DNA of 64,000 bases from positions 6,414 to 70,413 of the forward strand of contig JAUCBJ010004858.1 of NCBI GenBank assembly GCA_032718475.1, given 5' to 3'. The position numbers and the translations under genes were made by a program. Positions within the stretch are counted from its first letter, which is position 1; the number at the start of each line of letters is the position of its first letter. Positions 1-15,100 of this stretch are shown piece after piece. This DNA comes from Nemertoderma westbladi. Its lineage: Eukaryota; Animalia; Xenacoelomorpha. A model generated the notes under the pieces. It was not told the origin of the DNA and made no database searches. It saw nothing but the letters and a program-made list of their open reading frames with translations.

Positions 1-174
1 AGGAGGCGTGTTGTCTGGCATCCAGGTATTGGTTCTTCACGTTCACTGCATACTCTGGGATGTTGGCCGTGCAATTATGGGAGAAGTCGTAGGTGCAAGC
101 GCCTTGGAACGCGTAATGCATTTTGTCGAAGGTGGTGTAATGGGGGTCTCCGCAAGCCTTGCAGTAACTACAAC
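1..174 (-). CDS. Exon 18 (partial): VWD domain 2 start (GDPH)
   Basis: CSYCKACGDPHYTTFDKMHYAFQGACTY...VNVKN; acceptor ...cccatccgaag|. Confidence 0.9.
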
Positions 175-3100
175 CTTCGGATGGGAATAGTAAAAGTGAG
201 TGGTGACAACAATTGGTACACACAGTGATATTTATTGCTTCATTTGAGATTTGGTTAAATTTTTTCGTCATAAAATAATCTCTATTGGAAACTATTAATA
301 GCGATGGAGGAATAATGTTCACATTATGTTCGATTTATCAATATATTATATTCCTCGGTTGTATGAATTTATTACAATATTCCAGTTGCAATGAAGTATT
401 TCGGATGATGAAACCCTTTGGTTTATGATTTCACGCTAGCTTTCTCATGATTAAATTAGTTAACATGCTAAACTTTATCATAATGGCTGATTAGCCCCGA
501 CGACAGAGGGCCGGCAAAGTCATCCGAAAACTTCTGCAAGCTGTGACAGTAACTGGAATACCACTTCCTATAAACTTCTTATACAGAACAATAGCGACAA
601 TGTGTTGTGGTGGGAGCCAGGGGGGGGGGGGGGGGGGGGGCGAACAATTCCCAACCGCACAATCCGTCCCATCATTTTTTTTTAGAAATAATATATACTG
701 GAATATGCTTGCAATAATAATATATCTACTAGGATCGGCATGCTGCATTGCAGCTGCATTTTTAAGAATGCTGTGCCGGCTTATCGACAAAATTGCACCG
801 CCACAACTCCCTATCACCCATGACATTTGCTAGATCATCCGCATCTTCAAGGCCAGTGTCCTTTAAGATGCGTCTCAAGAAAGTCATGGGCTGTCCACCA
901 TGCTTATTCACTCCATGAGGCTGCCAAAGTACAAGATTATGCACTGGCTGGTCCTCACGGCGAAAGCAATGTCCTGCAAAGCGGAGGCGATTTTGTTCTA
1001 GTGTCAAGCTTGGGGGAACCAATGAGACGCCTCCAATAATATATCAAATGATATTTGAACTCTCACTCACAGTTGTATATCTAATATAAGGTTTCCAACA
1101 ATAAACAAATTATAAAAAAATATTGATTCCGGACATTTCTGCACGGCCAATTCCGAACTGCTACAAAACTGGACAGTACCGAATATGATAATGAAGAATA
1201 TCATATTTTTCATGTGACCCCGAAATAACTATTGAGAATCAAAAAAGCGCACGTTATCGTTTCATCACGTTATCGTCGCAGGAGCTTTTATTTACCTCGG
1301 ATTTATTTACTTTTGAGTAATGGATGGGGCCATGTCTCAACTTTATTTGTGAAATTTTCGTATGTTTTCATTATTCTGCTTTCAGTAGTATCCATTTCAT
1401 AAATTATTCAGGTATAACAGATTCTCAGGAAATTTAATATCACTTGAAATTTTAATGATGGGAATTTGAAAAGTTCCAGAACACTAGAAAATTTCAATTA
1501 TGAAAACTGTGTTATCGCAAGAAATATTTTTGAGAAATATTCTGGGATATTTAGATATTGTTTCGGCGACAACACTATATATCTATGTAAACAGCTGCAT
1601 AACTCTGGGAACAATTATGACTCACCCCTCGTATCGAAACAGGCGTCCCGTCTGTTTCTCCGTCGTCGTCGGCATTTGTAACCGTTACCCCGGTAACCAC
1701 GGTTGCAGTAGCAACTCCTTCGACCCCGTCGCACGATGCATTGCGCGTTAGCGTCGCAAGATGGTCGCTGGTAGCAACGGATAATACCGGCTCCTTTGCA
1801 AATACACTGCTGACGACAATCGGAGGAAACCCACCTCTCCCCTTTCTAATAAAATAATAAAAAATAAAAACATCAGGAGAAAAAAACAAATCAGAAATAC
1901 AAACGCTTAAATCATTTAATATGCAACACAAATTTCCATTCCAGATTTCAATAACAGGTAACTTCCTCTAGGAACACCAATCAATAACTCGCACTCACTA
2001 GCCCACAGGTTAACTTCCTATAAGAACACCAATAACTCGCACTCACTGGCCAACTGGGTAATTTCCTCCAAGAACACCAATAACTCGCACTCACTAGCCC
2101 ACAGGTTAACTTCCTATAAGAACACCAATAACTCGCACTCACTGGCCAACTGGGTAATTTCCTCCAAGAATACTAATAACTCGCACTCACTGACCAACTG
2201 GGTAACTTCCTCCAAGAACACCAATAACTCGCACTCACTAGCCCACAGGGTAACTTCCTATAAGAACACCAATAACTCGCACTCACTGGCCAACTGGGTA
2301 ATTTCCTCCAAGAATACTAATAACTCGCACTCACTGACCAACTGGGTAACTTCCTCCAAGAACACCAATCAATAACTCGCACTCACTGACCAACTGGGTA
2401 ACTTCCTCCAAGAACACCAATAACTCGCACTCACTAGCCCACAGGGTAACTTCCTATAAGAACACCAATAACTCGCACTCACTGACCAACTGGGTAACTT
2501 CCTCCAAGAACACCAATAACTCGCACTCACTAGCCCACTGGGTAACTTCCTCCAGGAAAACCAATCAATAACTCGCACTCACTGGCCAACTGGGTAACTT
2601 CCTCCAGGAACACCAATCAATAACTCGCACTCACTGGCCAACTGGGTAACTTCCTCTAGGAATACCAATCAGTAACTCGCACTCACTGGCCAACTGGGTA
2701 ACTCCCTCTAGGAACACCAATCAATAACTCACACTCACTGGCCGACTGGGTAACTTCCTCCTGGAACACCAATCAATAACTCGCACCCACTGGCCAACTG
2801 GGTAACTTCCTCTAGGAACACCAATCAGTAACTCGCACTCACTGGCCAACTGGGTAACTTCCTCTAGGAACAGCAATCAATAACTCGCACTCACTGGCCA
2901 ACTGGGTAACTTCCTCCAAGAACACCAATAACTCGCACTCACTAGCCCACAGGGTAACTTTCTCCAGGAAAACCAATCAATAACTCGCACTCACTGGCCA
3001 ACTGGGTAACTTCCTCCAGGAACACCAATCAATAACTCGCACTCACTGACCAACTGGGTAACTTCCTCCAGGAACACCAATCAATACTCGCACTCACTGG

Positions 3101-6100
3101 CCAACTGGGTAACTTCCTCCAGGAACTCCAATCCTCGCACTCACTGGCCAACTGGGTAACTTCCTCTAGGAACACCAATCAGTAACTCGCACTTACTGGC
3201 CAACTGGGTAACTTCCTCTAGGAACACCAATCAATAACTCGTATTCACTGGCCAACTGGGTAACTTCCTCCAGGAACACCAACCAATAACTCGCACCCAC
3301 TGGCCAACTGGGTAACTTCCTCCAGGAACACCAATCAATAACTCGCAGTCACTGGCCAACTGGGTAACTTCCCCCAGGAACACCAATCAATAACTCGCAC
3401 CCACTGGCCAACTGGGTAACTTCCTCCAGGAACACCAATCAATAACTCGCAGTCACTGGCCAACTGGGTAACTTCCCCCAGGAACACCAATCAATAACTC
3501 GCACTCACTGACCAACTGGGTAACTTCCTCCAAGAACACCAATAACTCGCACTCATTGACCAACTCGGTAACTTAGAAAATACTTCAGATAATTACTATC
3601 CCACACTCCGCCGACTTAATTTATTTTTAATCATTCTTACTTTAATTATTATTTAATACTTTGTTCATTTGGCCACCAGTTGTGTAATAAATAAACATTC
3701 ATTATTTACATTTACTTATTTAAAAATGATATAATTATACGACATTCTGGTAGAAACTCAATAGTCTATCCGGTGTAACTTGGATTGTAATTATTGTTGG
3801 CTGACTAGTGACTAGCCCTGGTCGCTAAATATAAATAATTATAGCATATAGTGGAATAAAGACAGTGGTAGTTAGTACGTATTTTGTGTGACAATTAATG
3901 TTTTGTAACACTTATTTTTCATTCAAACTCACTAAGAATTAGCCCTGACCTTGGTTTAAACTGACTGCATCTGAGCATTCAACAATAATATCTTTATTGG
4001 GTTTTATTAATTATTGAATGCACAGGGTGATATTGTATTCTATACAGCATATTATGCATATTATTATTACTGCACGCACATGGAATCATATAATAATAAT
4101 AGTCAATGATACAGGGGAGCCGCAGATGTACCGGTACATTAGAAACCGGAATTATTTATTACCAGTATCGCTAAGTCGTATCAACACACTCATTGTTGTA
4201 GCATATGTTGGTTTATAATATACGTAGGCCCTACACATATTACCTTATTGAAGCAAATACTGTACATTTTATAGCAGACAAGAGCTTCCAGTTCACTATA
4301 TCGACTGCGAGACTGCGACAGGACAATTATTGACAAACAATTCGAAGAATAGATTGTTCCACCACAAGGCGGAGGCCAATTATTGTAGCGTGATCTACAG
4401 TACAGTACAGGCAAGCTTGCTGCCTACCGCTACGTGGCAAAACAACAACCCCATGACTCATTCATTTTATCTTATGTAAAGAATTATTACCGCCAGTAAT
4501 AATAGTTCAGTTGTTCTTTGCTTATCATAAGTTTTACTTGTGATAGAATACCAAGAAATATTTTATTTTATCGGAAGTTAAAAATGCGTTGCAATTGGTC
4601 GATGTAAACAGCTTACTTACTGATAAATAATTGCCATCCTCCTCGCTCACTGGCGAATGCACACAATCACATAGAGATAAGTACTGTACGATAGTCGTAT
4701 ATTTATTGTATATTAGATTATATTTAATTTCTTGGACACGGCACAACTTTTACTTTTACTAAAATTGCATCTAAATTTACTTTATTTTCATACAATCGAT
4801 ATGGATAAATTATTGTATTCTTGTTTTGTTTCTGTATCGCTTTGATACATTTTATTCTCATATATTATTGCTACCAATCTATAATTATTGATATATTCAC
4901 TTTACATGAGATCTGATATTTTTTAAATCAGAATAAGTCAGCAATATAAGTCTGAGTCTGCTAAGTATTTTTACAAACCGGTTTTACAACTATTAAGATA
5001 AAGATTTGTACCCAGCCGGCCTGGCCTGACATATTATTACGCGGCATGCGGCATGTTGTAATTAATATCTTTGGTTACCGGGCAACAATATATCCAATAA
5101 TCATTATTAATTTATGGCGTATTTCCATAAGAAGCTTATGTAGGCATTAGTACAATTTAAAATGGCAGTAGCGAATCATAATGCTTAACACAAGGTATAT
5201 TAATGATTTATTATTCAGTTATATATGACATCTTCCATCGCACATGAAGCTCGCTATATTACTTTTTAATTTAAATAAACAATTTTGTTGATATATTGAT
5301 ATATACGAATTATTAAATGTCCTCTACTCACCGTTACTATTAACTGCTAATTTGTTATGTAGCACATTATAACTTTTAGAGGATAACACATTTAGTCCAT
5401 TTAAGAGCAAAGTTAGACAAGTTAGTTAAGTGGCTTAGGTAAGTTAGGTAAGTTAGCAAAGTGTAGACTTTACAATGATTTATTGACTATTCAATTTACA
5501 ATAAATTAGTGAGTCTGAAACTCGAATGTGAAGAATACCAGACTTTCTGCTGTTATATTGCACTTTGCAGTTACCCCCATGTGAAGAATACCAGGTTTTC
5601 ACTAAAACCACAGGTTTCAGAACGGCTGATTACAACCAAAACAATAAACGAATTAGTATATGTAAAGGTTATATGACAGAAATAAGCGCTTAAACATTTA
5701 ATAAGGAGAAATAAATAAAAATACAGATTCTTCACATAAAATTCCAGCAGAATTTCGATCGAAAAGTGAAAACATGGTATTCGGTTTGTTGCGGAATCTT
5801 CTTCAAACAGATCTTGTTATTAATAATTATAGATACTAGCTAAATACCAACTTGCACACTATACCGATACAGGTACAGGCATAGATACTAACTAAATACC
5901 AACTCGTACACTGTACCGATACAGGTACAGGCATAGATACTAACTAGCTAAATACCAACTTGCACACTGTACCGATACAGGTACAGGCATAGATACTAGC
6001 TAAATACCAACTCGTACACTGTACCGATACAGGTACAGGCATAGATACTAGCTAAATACCAACTCGTACACTATACCGATACAGGTACAGGCATAGATAC

Positions 6101-9100
6101 TAGCTAAATACCAACTTGCACACTGTACCGATACAGGTACAGGCATAGATACTAGCTAAATACCAACTTGCACACTGTACCGATACAGGTACAGGCATAG
6201 ATACTAGCTAAATACCAACTCGTACACTATACCGATACAGGTACAGGCATAGATACTAGCTAAATACCAACTCGTACACTATACCGATACAGGTACAGGC
6301 ATAGATACTAGCTAAATACCAACTTGCACACTGTACCGATACAGGTACAGGCATAGATACTAGCTAAATACCAACTTGCACACTGTACCGATACAGGTAC
6401 AGGCATAGATACTAGCTAAATACCAACTTGCACACTGTACCGATACAGGTACAGGCATAGATACTAGCTAAATACCAACTCGTACACTGTACCGATACAG
6501 GTACAGGCATTTTCTAAGGCGCAAAATGTATGCATCCTATGTAATTCCTAAAAAAAATAGCACAATATTACAACATTTATCAAGGGTAACCAAAGTTATT
6601 GGCCATTATTTCCGTGACACTGACATCGTCACGGTGTAGTTGCCCATTATTTAATTTTTGCATTACTTGGTTTGTGTCGTAAAGAGAAGAAACAGAAGAA
6701 CAATATTTATAATTTTAGGTTCAGAATCTTGTCATTTCACAAGTCCGCAGCTATAAAGTCTACATTTTATTTCTCTACTGGATATAAAGTACAGTTGAGT
6801 TGAGTTATAACGTGCTATATTTGAACTTATCACTGACAGAACTAATGGTGTTAATTAATAATGAAATTTTATTTAATAATATTTATAAATATATCATGTA
6901 ATTGAATAGGCGATTGAATGCATGGGATTTAGAATAAAGGAGAACGATACTTTGTCATACCGGTATATTATTTATCCCCCAGCCAAACAACAATGGAATC
7001 TAACACTTCCGATATAGAACGTTAACAGTTCAACTTTATTTTACTCATTCGCAATCCCTTTAGAAATGGATCCGCTACTTCGGAAATAAATACACTTGAA
7101 ATAAAAAATGGTTCAATTAAAACCGATATAATTCCTTCATGTGATGAAGTTCGGACACCTGGGAAGAATATATTGAGCTCATCCTCATCTTGAAATTGTA
7201 TATCAGATACCAAGGAAAAGGAACCGGGTAATAATGACTACGAAATCGAACTGCCCACTTTGCACCGTTCTCCTACCCAATATCGACGAAGTATTTGCCC
7301 GACATATACTCAACCACCATCCATTTCATTTGACAGAAAAAATTGCTGAGCTTCTCATTGAAAAAACCTTTACGTCATATCATATTGGAGTTTTCTACCG
7401 GTGCAAAATTTGCAGAAACTACAGCGAAAGTAAAGCCGTGGTCGTTAAACACATGGTGAGTCATTGCCCTGGCATTGAATACGAGCAAGCCAACAATTCC
7501 CATCAATTAGCAAGCAATGCTTTGGCAAGAATCAACCAATCACAACCAAGACAGATAGAATCAGATGAGCCACAAAGGAGTCAGAAAAAACCTAAAATGG
7601 TAGAATCTCCTGTTAAACAACAATTCGACATTCTACGATACACAACGTATCCACTAGATTGTGTTCCATCTCGATATCCGATACCAATGGCGTCTCCCAC
7701 ACACAAAGGGTCCCAACAACTACCCCCGAAACCGGTGGTGGGCGGCTTTGCTCCACCGGTTTATCCCTCAGCCACACGCTGTCTCTATCCTGGTCCTCAA
7801 TACCGCATGTACCAATCCTGCGCGCCGACACTCTTGGGGCCTTTCATCGATCCCCAGACGATGGGATACCCCCCTCGGCATCCACACCTACCGGCCCACC
7901 AACACCAGGTTGTCGAGCAGCCCTACAAACTTTTGTCGGAACGCACTTCAGCCAATTATCCACCCACGATGCAAACGGGAGTTTCTCTCGAAACATTAAG
8001 GAATTCGCATAGAAATCAAAACCAAACGAGGTCCACCAACATTGATGGGAGACACGATGTTCATCAACCAGATGTAATCTGGTGCGGTGAAAAACGCCCA
8101 TGCAATTCTGCGTCCGCGAGCGTTGAGCGGGAATCCAGGGAGATGTTTAGAAATGTTCTACAGCGTAACCGGATATCATGTAGTAAACCTAAAGATCCGT
8201 TGTCATCGAAAACATCGGAATCGCCGCTAATCGTTGAACCGGTTTCTCCGGCCGCAAATTATCCAAATAATTTGAACATTCCGTGCCCCAATGTAAAACC
8301 ACAAGAACATCGAAGTCAACATCATCAACAAATATCTAGAAACGACACGAACTCATCCTCACTTCCACCGAAGAAACGAAAATATGTCCGGAAGTCTTTG
8401 ACTAACAGAGTTCGGAAAGGGAATCAGCAGCCACCCGAAGTTCACCGGAAACATCCGATCTTACCATCCGTGTCAGCAGCCCTTCGAGAGGAGCTGAGCG
8501 ATGCCACTGGGCCGCTAACAGGACATATATCAGAGTTCATGTTCCCTTCCATGTTAAAAGTAAATGTACAACCTTCTTCCGCAATTCAGACGCGAGCGGA
8601 ATCATTGCTAACATTGTCAGATTCAGCACACACGCGCTCCACATCAACGCAAAAGTATTCAACGATGATTAAAACAGCACCGATCCAACCGCAACTATCT
8701 CCAATGCTACATAATCTTTCGCCAATATTAATACAACACCCTCCAATGATATCGCAACTGTCACCTGCGCTACCCCATCTATCACCAATGCTGCCACAAG
8801 TATCACCAATATTAAAAGAACCCTCGCCGATGCTAACTCCAAACCAGCCGATGCTAACTCCAAACCAGCCGATGCTAAAGAGGGACCAGCCAATGCTAGC
8901 GCGACACCATACTATGCTAACAGGATCCCAACCGCTGCTAACAGGGTCCCAACCGCTGCTAACACATCAACATCCCATGCTTACACTATCCCAGCCAATT
9001 ATATCTGGTTCGCAACCCATTCTAGCGCCACAGCAGCCAATGGTAACACAACCCACGCCGAGGCTAAAGAGACACCAACAGATGCTAACAAATTCTCAGC

Positions 9101-12100
9101 CTTTGCTAACAGGAGCCCAACCGATGCTAACCCCTCCTATGCAAATGCTATCTCAAACCGCACCGATTCTAACTCGAGCAATACCAAATGCTACACAACC
9201 CGTGTACGGTATAGATCCGATGGTTCACCTGTCAGATGCAGGGCGCAGTACTAGGGTAGGAAGAGGCGGTTTGCCCGTTCAATGTGGTGCGCAGCTGGCC
9301 ACTCAAATACTCGACTGCCTATAAGAAATCATTTCGATACATTTAGATAATATACCCTGATTTAAACCTAATAAAGCCGATAGCTGTGCCTTTATCAGAA
9401 GACTCAGTAATTCAACCTTTTGTTTACAGACTGTTTTGTGTGTGTCTGTCCGCTCAACCCTAGTGTTTAAATTGAGTTTATACGAATAAACATTTTCTAT
9501 TGTTTGATTTTGTTATTGCTTTTTTGGATAATGTACTGTTTGTCTCCATACAATATCATTCATTTTTTACTTATAGAAAAAAAGCAATTTATAACCTTAA
9601 CATATAGCAATAATAAGAAATATTACATACGTCCTGCAATAGTTTCGAGCCAAAATTACGAATCTCACATACCCTGCGATAATAGTCATCTCCATCAGTA
9701 CATCCGCAGTATTTCTGATTGATACATTGAGATCCGCTAAGTACGTAACCGGCAACGCAAGCGCAGCCTGGGGCGGGGGGCGAAGAGCAACGGAGGGGGG
9801 CGTTGGGGTCCCTGCAGGTTGCCGGGCAACGGGGAGCAACTTCCGTATAAGCGCTGTTCGTGTTGCATTGTTCCGCTGCGGGAAAAAAAGACGAACATTT
9901 TATTATCCAGAGGAATCATAATAAATATTTATTTACAAAATATTTTTTATCTTTTCCTTATTTTAGTCTTGAGTGTTAAGAAAAATAAATATAATGTTTT
10001 TTTCTTCAGAAAAAAGTAAAATTATAAGTAATTTAATTTCACAATTTAAACATTTGCCCTTGACGGAAAGTGATAATTATATTCGATTAAAAAATGTAAA
10101 ATGACAATTATAATGTAAAATAACACTTTTTGTTACAATTTTAAATTGACCGAATTTCAATATTTAGTAAGAAATAGTTGTAGTTGTGGTAGAATTGGGT
10201 TTTGCGCATAAGGTCTTCAGTAACTTAAATTTACAAACAATATCGTAGCAAATACAGTAACATGTAGAGAGAAATACTAACGGCAGAATGATGGCGACCT
10301 CCAAATGATACTGTCACCAACAGATGAGGGGTAACCCATATCTAGCAACGCTCGACGACATACGGCCTCGAAGAATGCGATGTAACGGCACAATACTTTC
10401 ATATCGCCCTTATAAAAATAACAGAATATAAAAAATATGGAGTGAGAATTCCACTAAAATAAGAAATGTGACTTGAATGACAATTCTCAGTTGTATTACA
10501 TACAGTATGGCTCAACAGTATGGCTTCCATTATCGGAAATGTTCGAGGGTCAGAAATTTGGTAATGTGTGCAAAGTGCATACTGTACAACTGTAAAATGT
10601 ACGAAACAACAAACACACGCAAACCTAATCAAACACATTATTTATTTTCAATTAATAACGAAATTCTACTCACGCCATAGGTACAGACATCGACAACTCA
10701 CGGAATAGGCGCAGACATCGACAACTCACGGCATAGGTACAGACATCGACAACTTACGGCATAGGTACAGACATCGACAACTCCCGGCATAGGTACAGAC
10801 ATCGACAACTCACGGAATAGGTACAGACATCGACAACTCACGGAATAGGTACAGACATCGACAACTCACGGAATACTGTAGGTACAGACATCGACATCAC
10901 ACGGAATAGGTACAGACATCGACAACTCCCGGCATAGGTACAGACATCGACAACTCACGGAATACTGTAGGTACAGACATCGACATCACACGGAATAGGT
11001 ACAGACATCGACAACTCACGGCATAGGTACAGACATCGACAACACAAAGCATAGGTACAGACATCGACAACTCACGGCATAGGTACAGACATCGACCACA
11101 CGGAATAGGTACAGACATCGACATCACACGGAATAGGTACAGACATCAACAACACACGGGATAGGTACATACATCGACAACTCACGGCATAGGTACAGAC
11201 ATCGACATCACACGGAATAGGTACAGACATCGACATCACACGGAATAGGTACAGACATCAACAACACACGGAATAGGTACAGACATCGACATCACACGGA
11301 ATAGGAACAGACATCGACAACTCACGGCATAGGTACAGACATCGACATCACACGGAATAGGTACAGACATCAACAACACACGGAATAGGTACAGACATCG
11401 ACAACTCACGGCATACGTACAGACATCGACATCACACGGAATAGCTACAGACATCGACAACCCACGGCATAGGTACAGACATCGACAACTCACGGAATAG
11501 GTACAGACATCGACAACTCACGGCATAGGTACAGACATCGACAACTCACGGAATAGGTACAGACATCGACATCACACGGAATAGGTACAGACATCAACAA
11601 CACACGGAATAGGTACAGACATCGACAACTCACGGCATAGGTGCAGACATCGACAACACACAGAATAGGTACAGAGATCGACAACACACGGCATAGGTAC
11701 AGACATCGACAACTCACGGAATAGGTACAGACATCGACATCACACGGAATAGGAACAGACATCGACAACTCACGGCATAGGTACAGACATCGACATCACA
11801 CGGAATAGGTACAGACATCAACAACACACGGAATAGGTACAGACATCGACAACTCACGGCATACGTACAGACATCGACATCACACGGAATAGCTACAGAC
11901 ATCGACAACCCACGGCATAGGTACAGACATCGACAACTCACGGAATAGGTACAGACATCGACAACTCACGGCATAGGTACAGACATCGACAACTCACGGA
12001 ATAGGTACAGACATCGACATCACACGGAATAGGTACAGACATAGACAACACACGGAATAGGTACAGACATCGACAACTCACGGCATAGGTGCAGACATCG

Positions 12101-15100
12101 ACAACACACAGAATAGGTACAGAGATCGACAACACACGGCATAGGTACAGACATCGACAACTCACGGCATAGGTACAGACATCGACAACTCACGGAATAG
12201 GTACAGACATCGACATCACACGGAATAGGTACAGACATCGACAACAAACGGAATAGGTACAGACATCGACAACTGACGGCATAGGTACAGACATCGACAA
12301 CACACGGAATAGGTACAGACATCGACAACTCACGGCATAGGTACAGACATCGACAACTCACGGCATAGGTACAGACATCGACAACTCACGGCATAGGTAC
12401 AGACATCGACAACTCACGGCATAGGTACAGACATCGACAACTCACGGCATAGGTACAGATATCGACAACTCACGGCATAGGTACAGACATCGACAACTCC
12501 CGGCATAGGTACAGACATCGACATCACACGGAATAGGTACAGACATCGACAACTCACGGCATAGGTACAGACATCGACAACTCACGGCATAGGTACAGAC
12601 ATCGACAACTCACGGCATAGGTACAGACATCGACATCACACGGAATAGGTACAGACATCGACAACTCACGGCATAGGTACAGACATCGACAACTCACGGC
12701 ATAGGTACAGACATCGACAACTCACGGCATAGGTACAGACATCGACAACTCACGGCATAGGTACAGACATCGACAACTCCCGGCATAGGTACAGACATCG
12801 ACAACTCACGGCATAGGTACAGACATCGACATCACACGGAATAGGTACAGATATCGACAACTCACGGCATAGGTACAGACATCGACAACTCACGGCATAG
12901 GTACAGACATCGACAACTCACGGCATAGGTACAGACATCGACAACTCACGGCTTAGGTACAGAAATCGACAACTCACGGCATAGGTACAGACATCGACAA
13001 CTCCCGGCATAGGTACAGACATCGACAACTCACGGAATACTGTAGGTACAGACATCGACATCACACGGAATAGGTACAGACATCGACAACTCACGGCATA
13101 GGTACAGACATCGACAACTCACGGCATAGGTACAGACATCGACAACTCACGGCATAGGTACAGACATCGACAACTCACGGCTTAGGTACAGAAATCGACA
13201 ACTCACGGCATAGGTACAGACATCGACAACTCCCGGCATAGGTACAGACATCGACAACTCACGGAATACTGTAGGTACAGACATCGACATCACACGGAAT
13301 AGGTACAGACATCGACATCACACGGAATAGGTACAGACATCGACAACTCACGGCATAGGTACAGACATCGACAACTCACGGCATAGGTACAGACATCGAC
13401 AACTCACGGCATAGGTACAGACATCGACAACTCACGGCATAGGTACAGACATCGACAACTCCCGGCATAGGTACAGACATCGACAACTCACGGAATACTG
13501 TAGGTACAGACATCGACATCACACGGAATAGGTACAGACATCGACAACTCATGGCATAGGTACAGACATCGACAACTGACGGCATAGGTACAGACATCGA
13601 CAACACACGGAATAGGTACAGACATCGACATCACACGGAATAGGTACAGACATCGACATCACACGGAATAGGTACAGACATCGACAACTCACGGAATAGG
13701 CGCAGACATCGACAACTCACGGCATAGGTACAGACATCGTAAAACTCACGGCATAGGTACAGACATCGACAACTCACGGCATAGGTACAGACATCGACAA
13801 CACACGGAATAGGTACAGACATCGACCACACGGAATAGGTACAGACATCGACATCACACGGAATAGGTACAGACATCAACAACACACGGGATAGGTACAT
13901 ACATCGACAACTCACGGCATAGGTACAGACATCGACATCACACGGAATAGGTACATACATCGACAACACACGGAATAGGTACAGACATCGACAACTCACG
14001 GCATAGGTACAGACATCGACAACTCACGGCATAGGTGCAGACATCGACAACACACAGAATAGGTACAGAGATCGACAACACACGGCATAGGTACAGACAT
14101 CGACAACTCACGGCATAGGTACAGACATCGACAACTCACGGAATAGGTACAGACATCGACATCACACGGAATAGGTACAGACATCGACAACAAACGGAAT
14201 AGGTACAGACATCGACAACTGACGGCATAGGTACAGACATCGACAACACACGGAATAGGTACAGACATCGACAACTCACGGCATAGGTACAGACATCGAC
14301 AACTCACGGCATAGGTACAGACATCGACAACTCACGGCATAGGTACAGACATCGACAACTCACGGCATAGGTACAGACATCGACAACTCACGGCATAGGT
14401 ACAGATATCGACAACTCACGGCATAGGTACAGACATCGACAACTCCCGGCATAGGTACAGACATCGACATCACACGGAATAGGTACAGACATCGACAACT
14501 CACGGCATAGGTACAGACATCGACAACTCACGGCATAGGTACAGACATCGACAACTCACGGCATAGGTACAGACATCGACATCACACGGAATAGGTACAG
14601 ACATCGACAACTCACGGCATAGGTACAGACATCGACAACTCACGGCATAGGTACAGACATCGAAAACTCACGGCATAGGTACAGACATCGACAACTCACG
14701 GCATAGGTACAGACATCGACAACTCCCGGCATAGGTACAGACATCGACAACTCACGGCATAGGTACAGACATCGACATCACACGGAATAGGTACAGACAT
14801 CGACAACTCACGGCATAGGTACAGACATCGACAACTCACGGCATAGGTACAGACATCGACAACTCACGGCATAGGTACAGACATCGACAACTCACGGCTT
14901 AGGTACAGAAATCGACAACTCACGGCATAGGTACAGACATCGACAACTCCCGGCATAGGTACAGACATCGACAACTCACGGAATACTGTAGGTACAGACA
15001 TCGACATCACACGGAATAGGTACAGACATCGACAACTCACGGCATAGGTACAGACATCGACAACTCACGGCATAGGTACAGACATCGACAACTCACGGCA

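Noticed and set aside
620-640. Poly-G run (and poly-C at ~17993-18019) as functional G-quadruplexes
   Set aside because: Homopolymers next to repeat fragments, with unreliable length and no supporting context.
4244-4394. Possible exon on either strand
   Set aside because: Open frames and splice-like sites exist, but there is no recognisable motif and the host gene model is complete without it.
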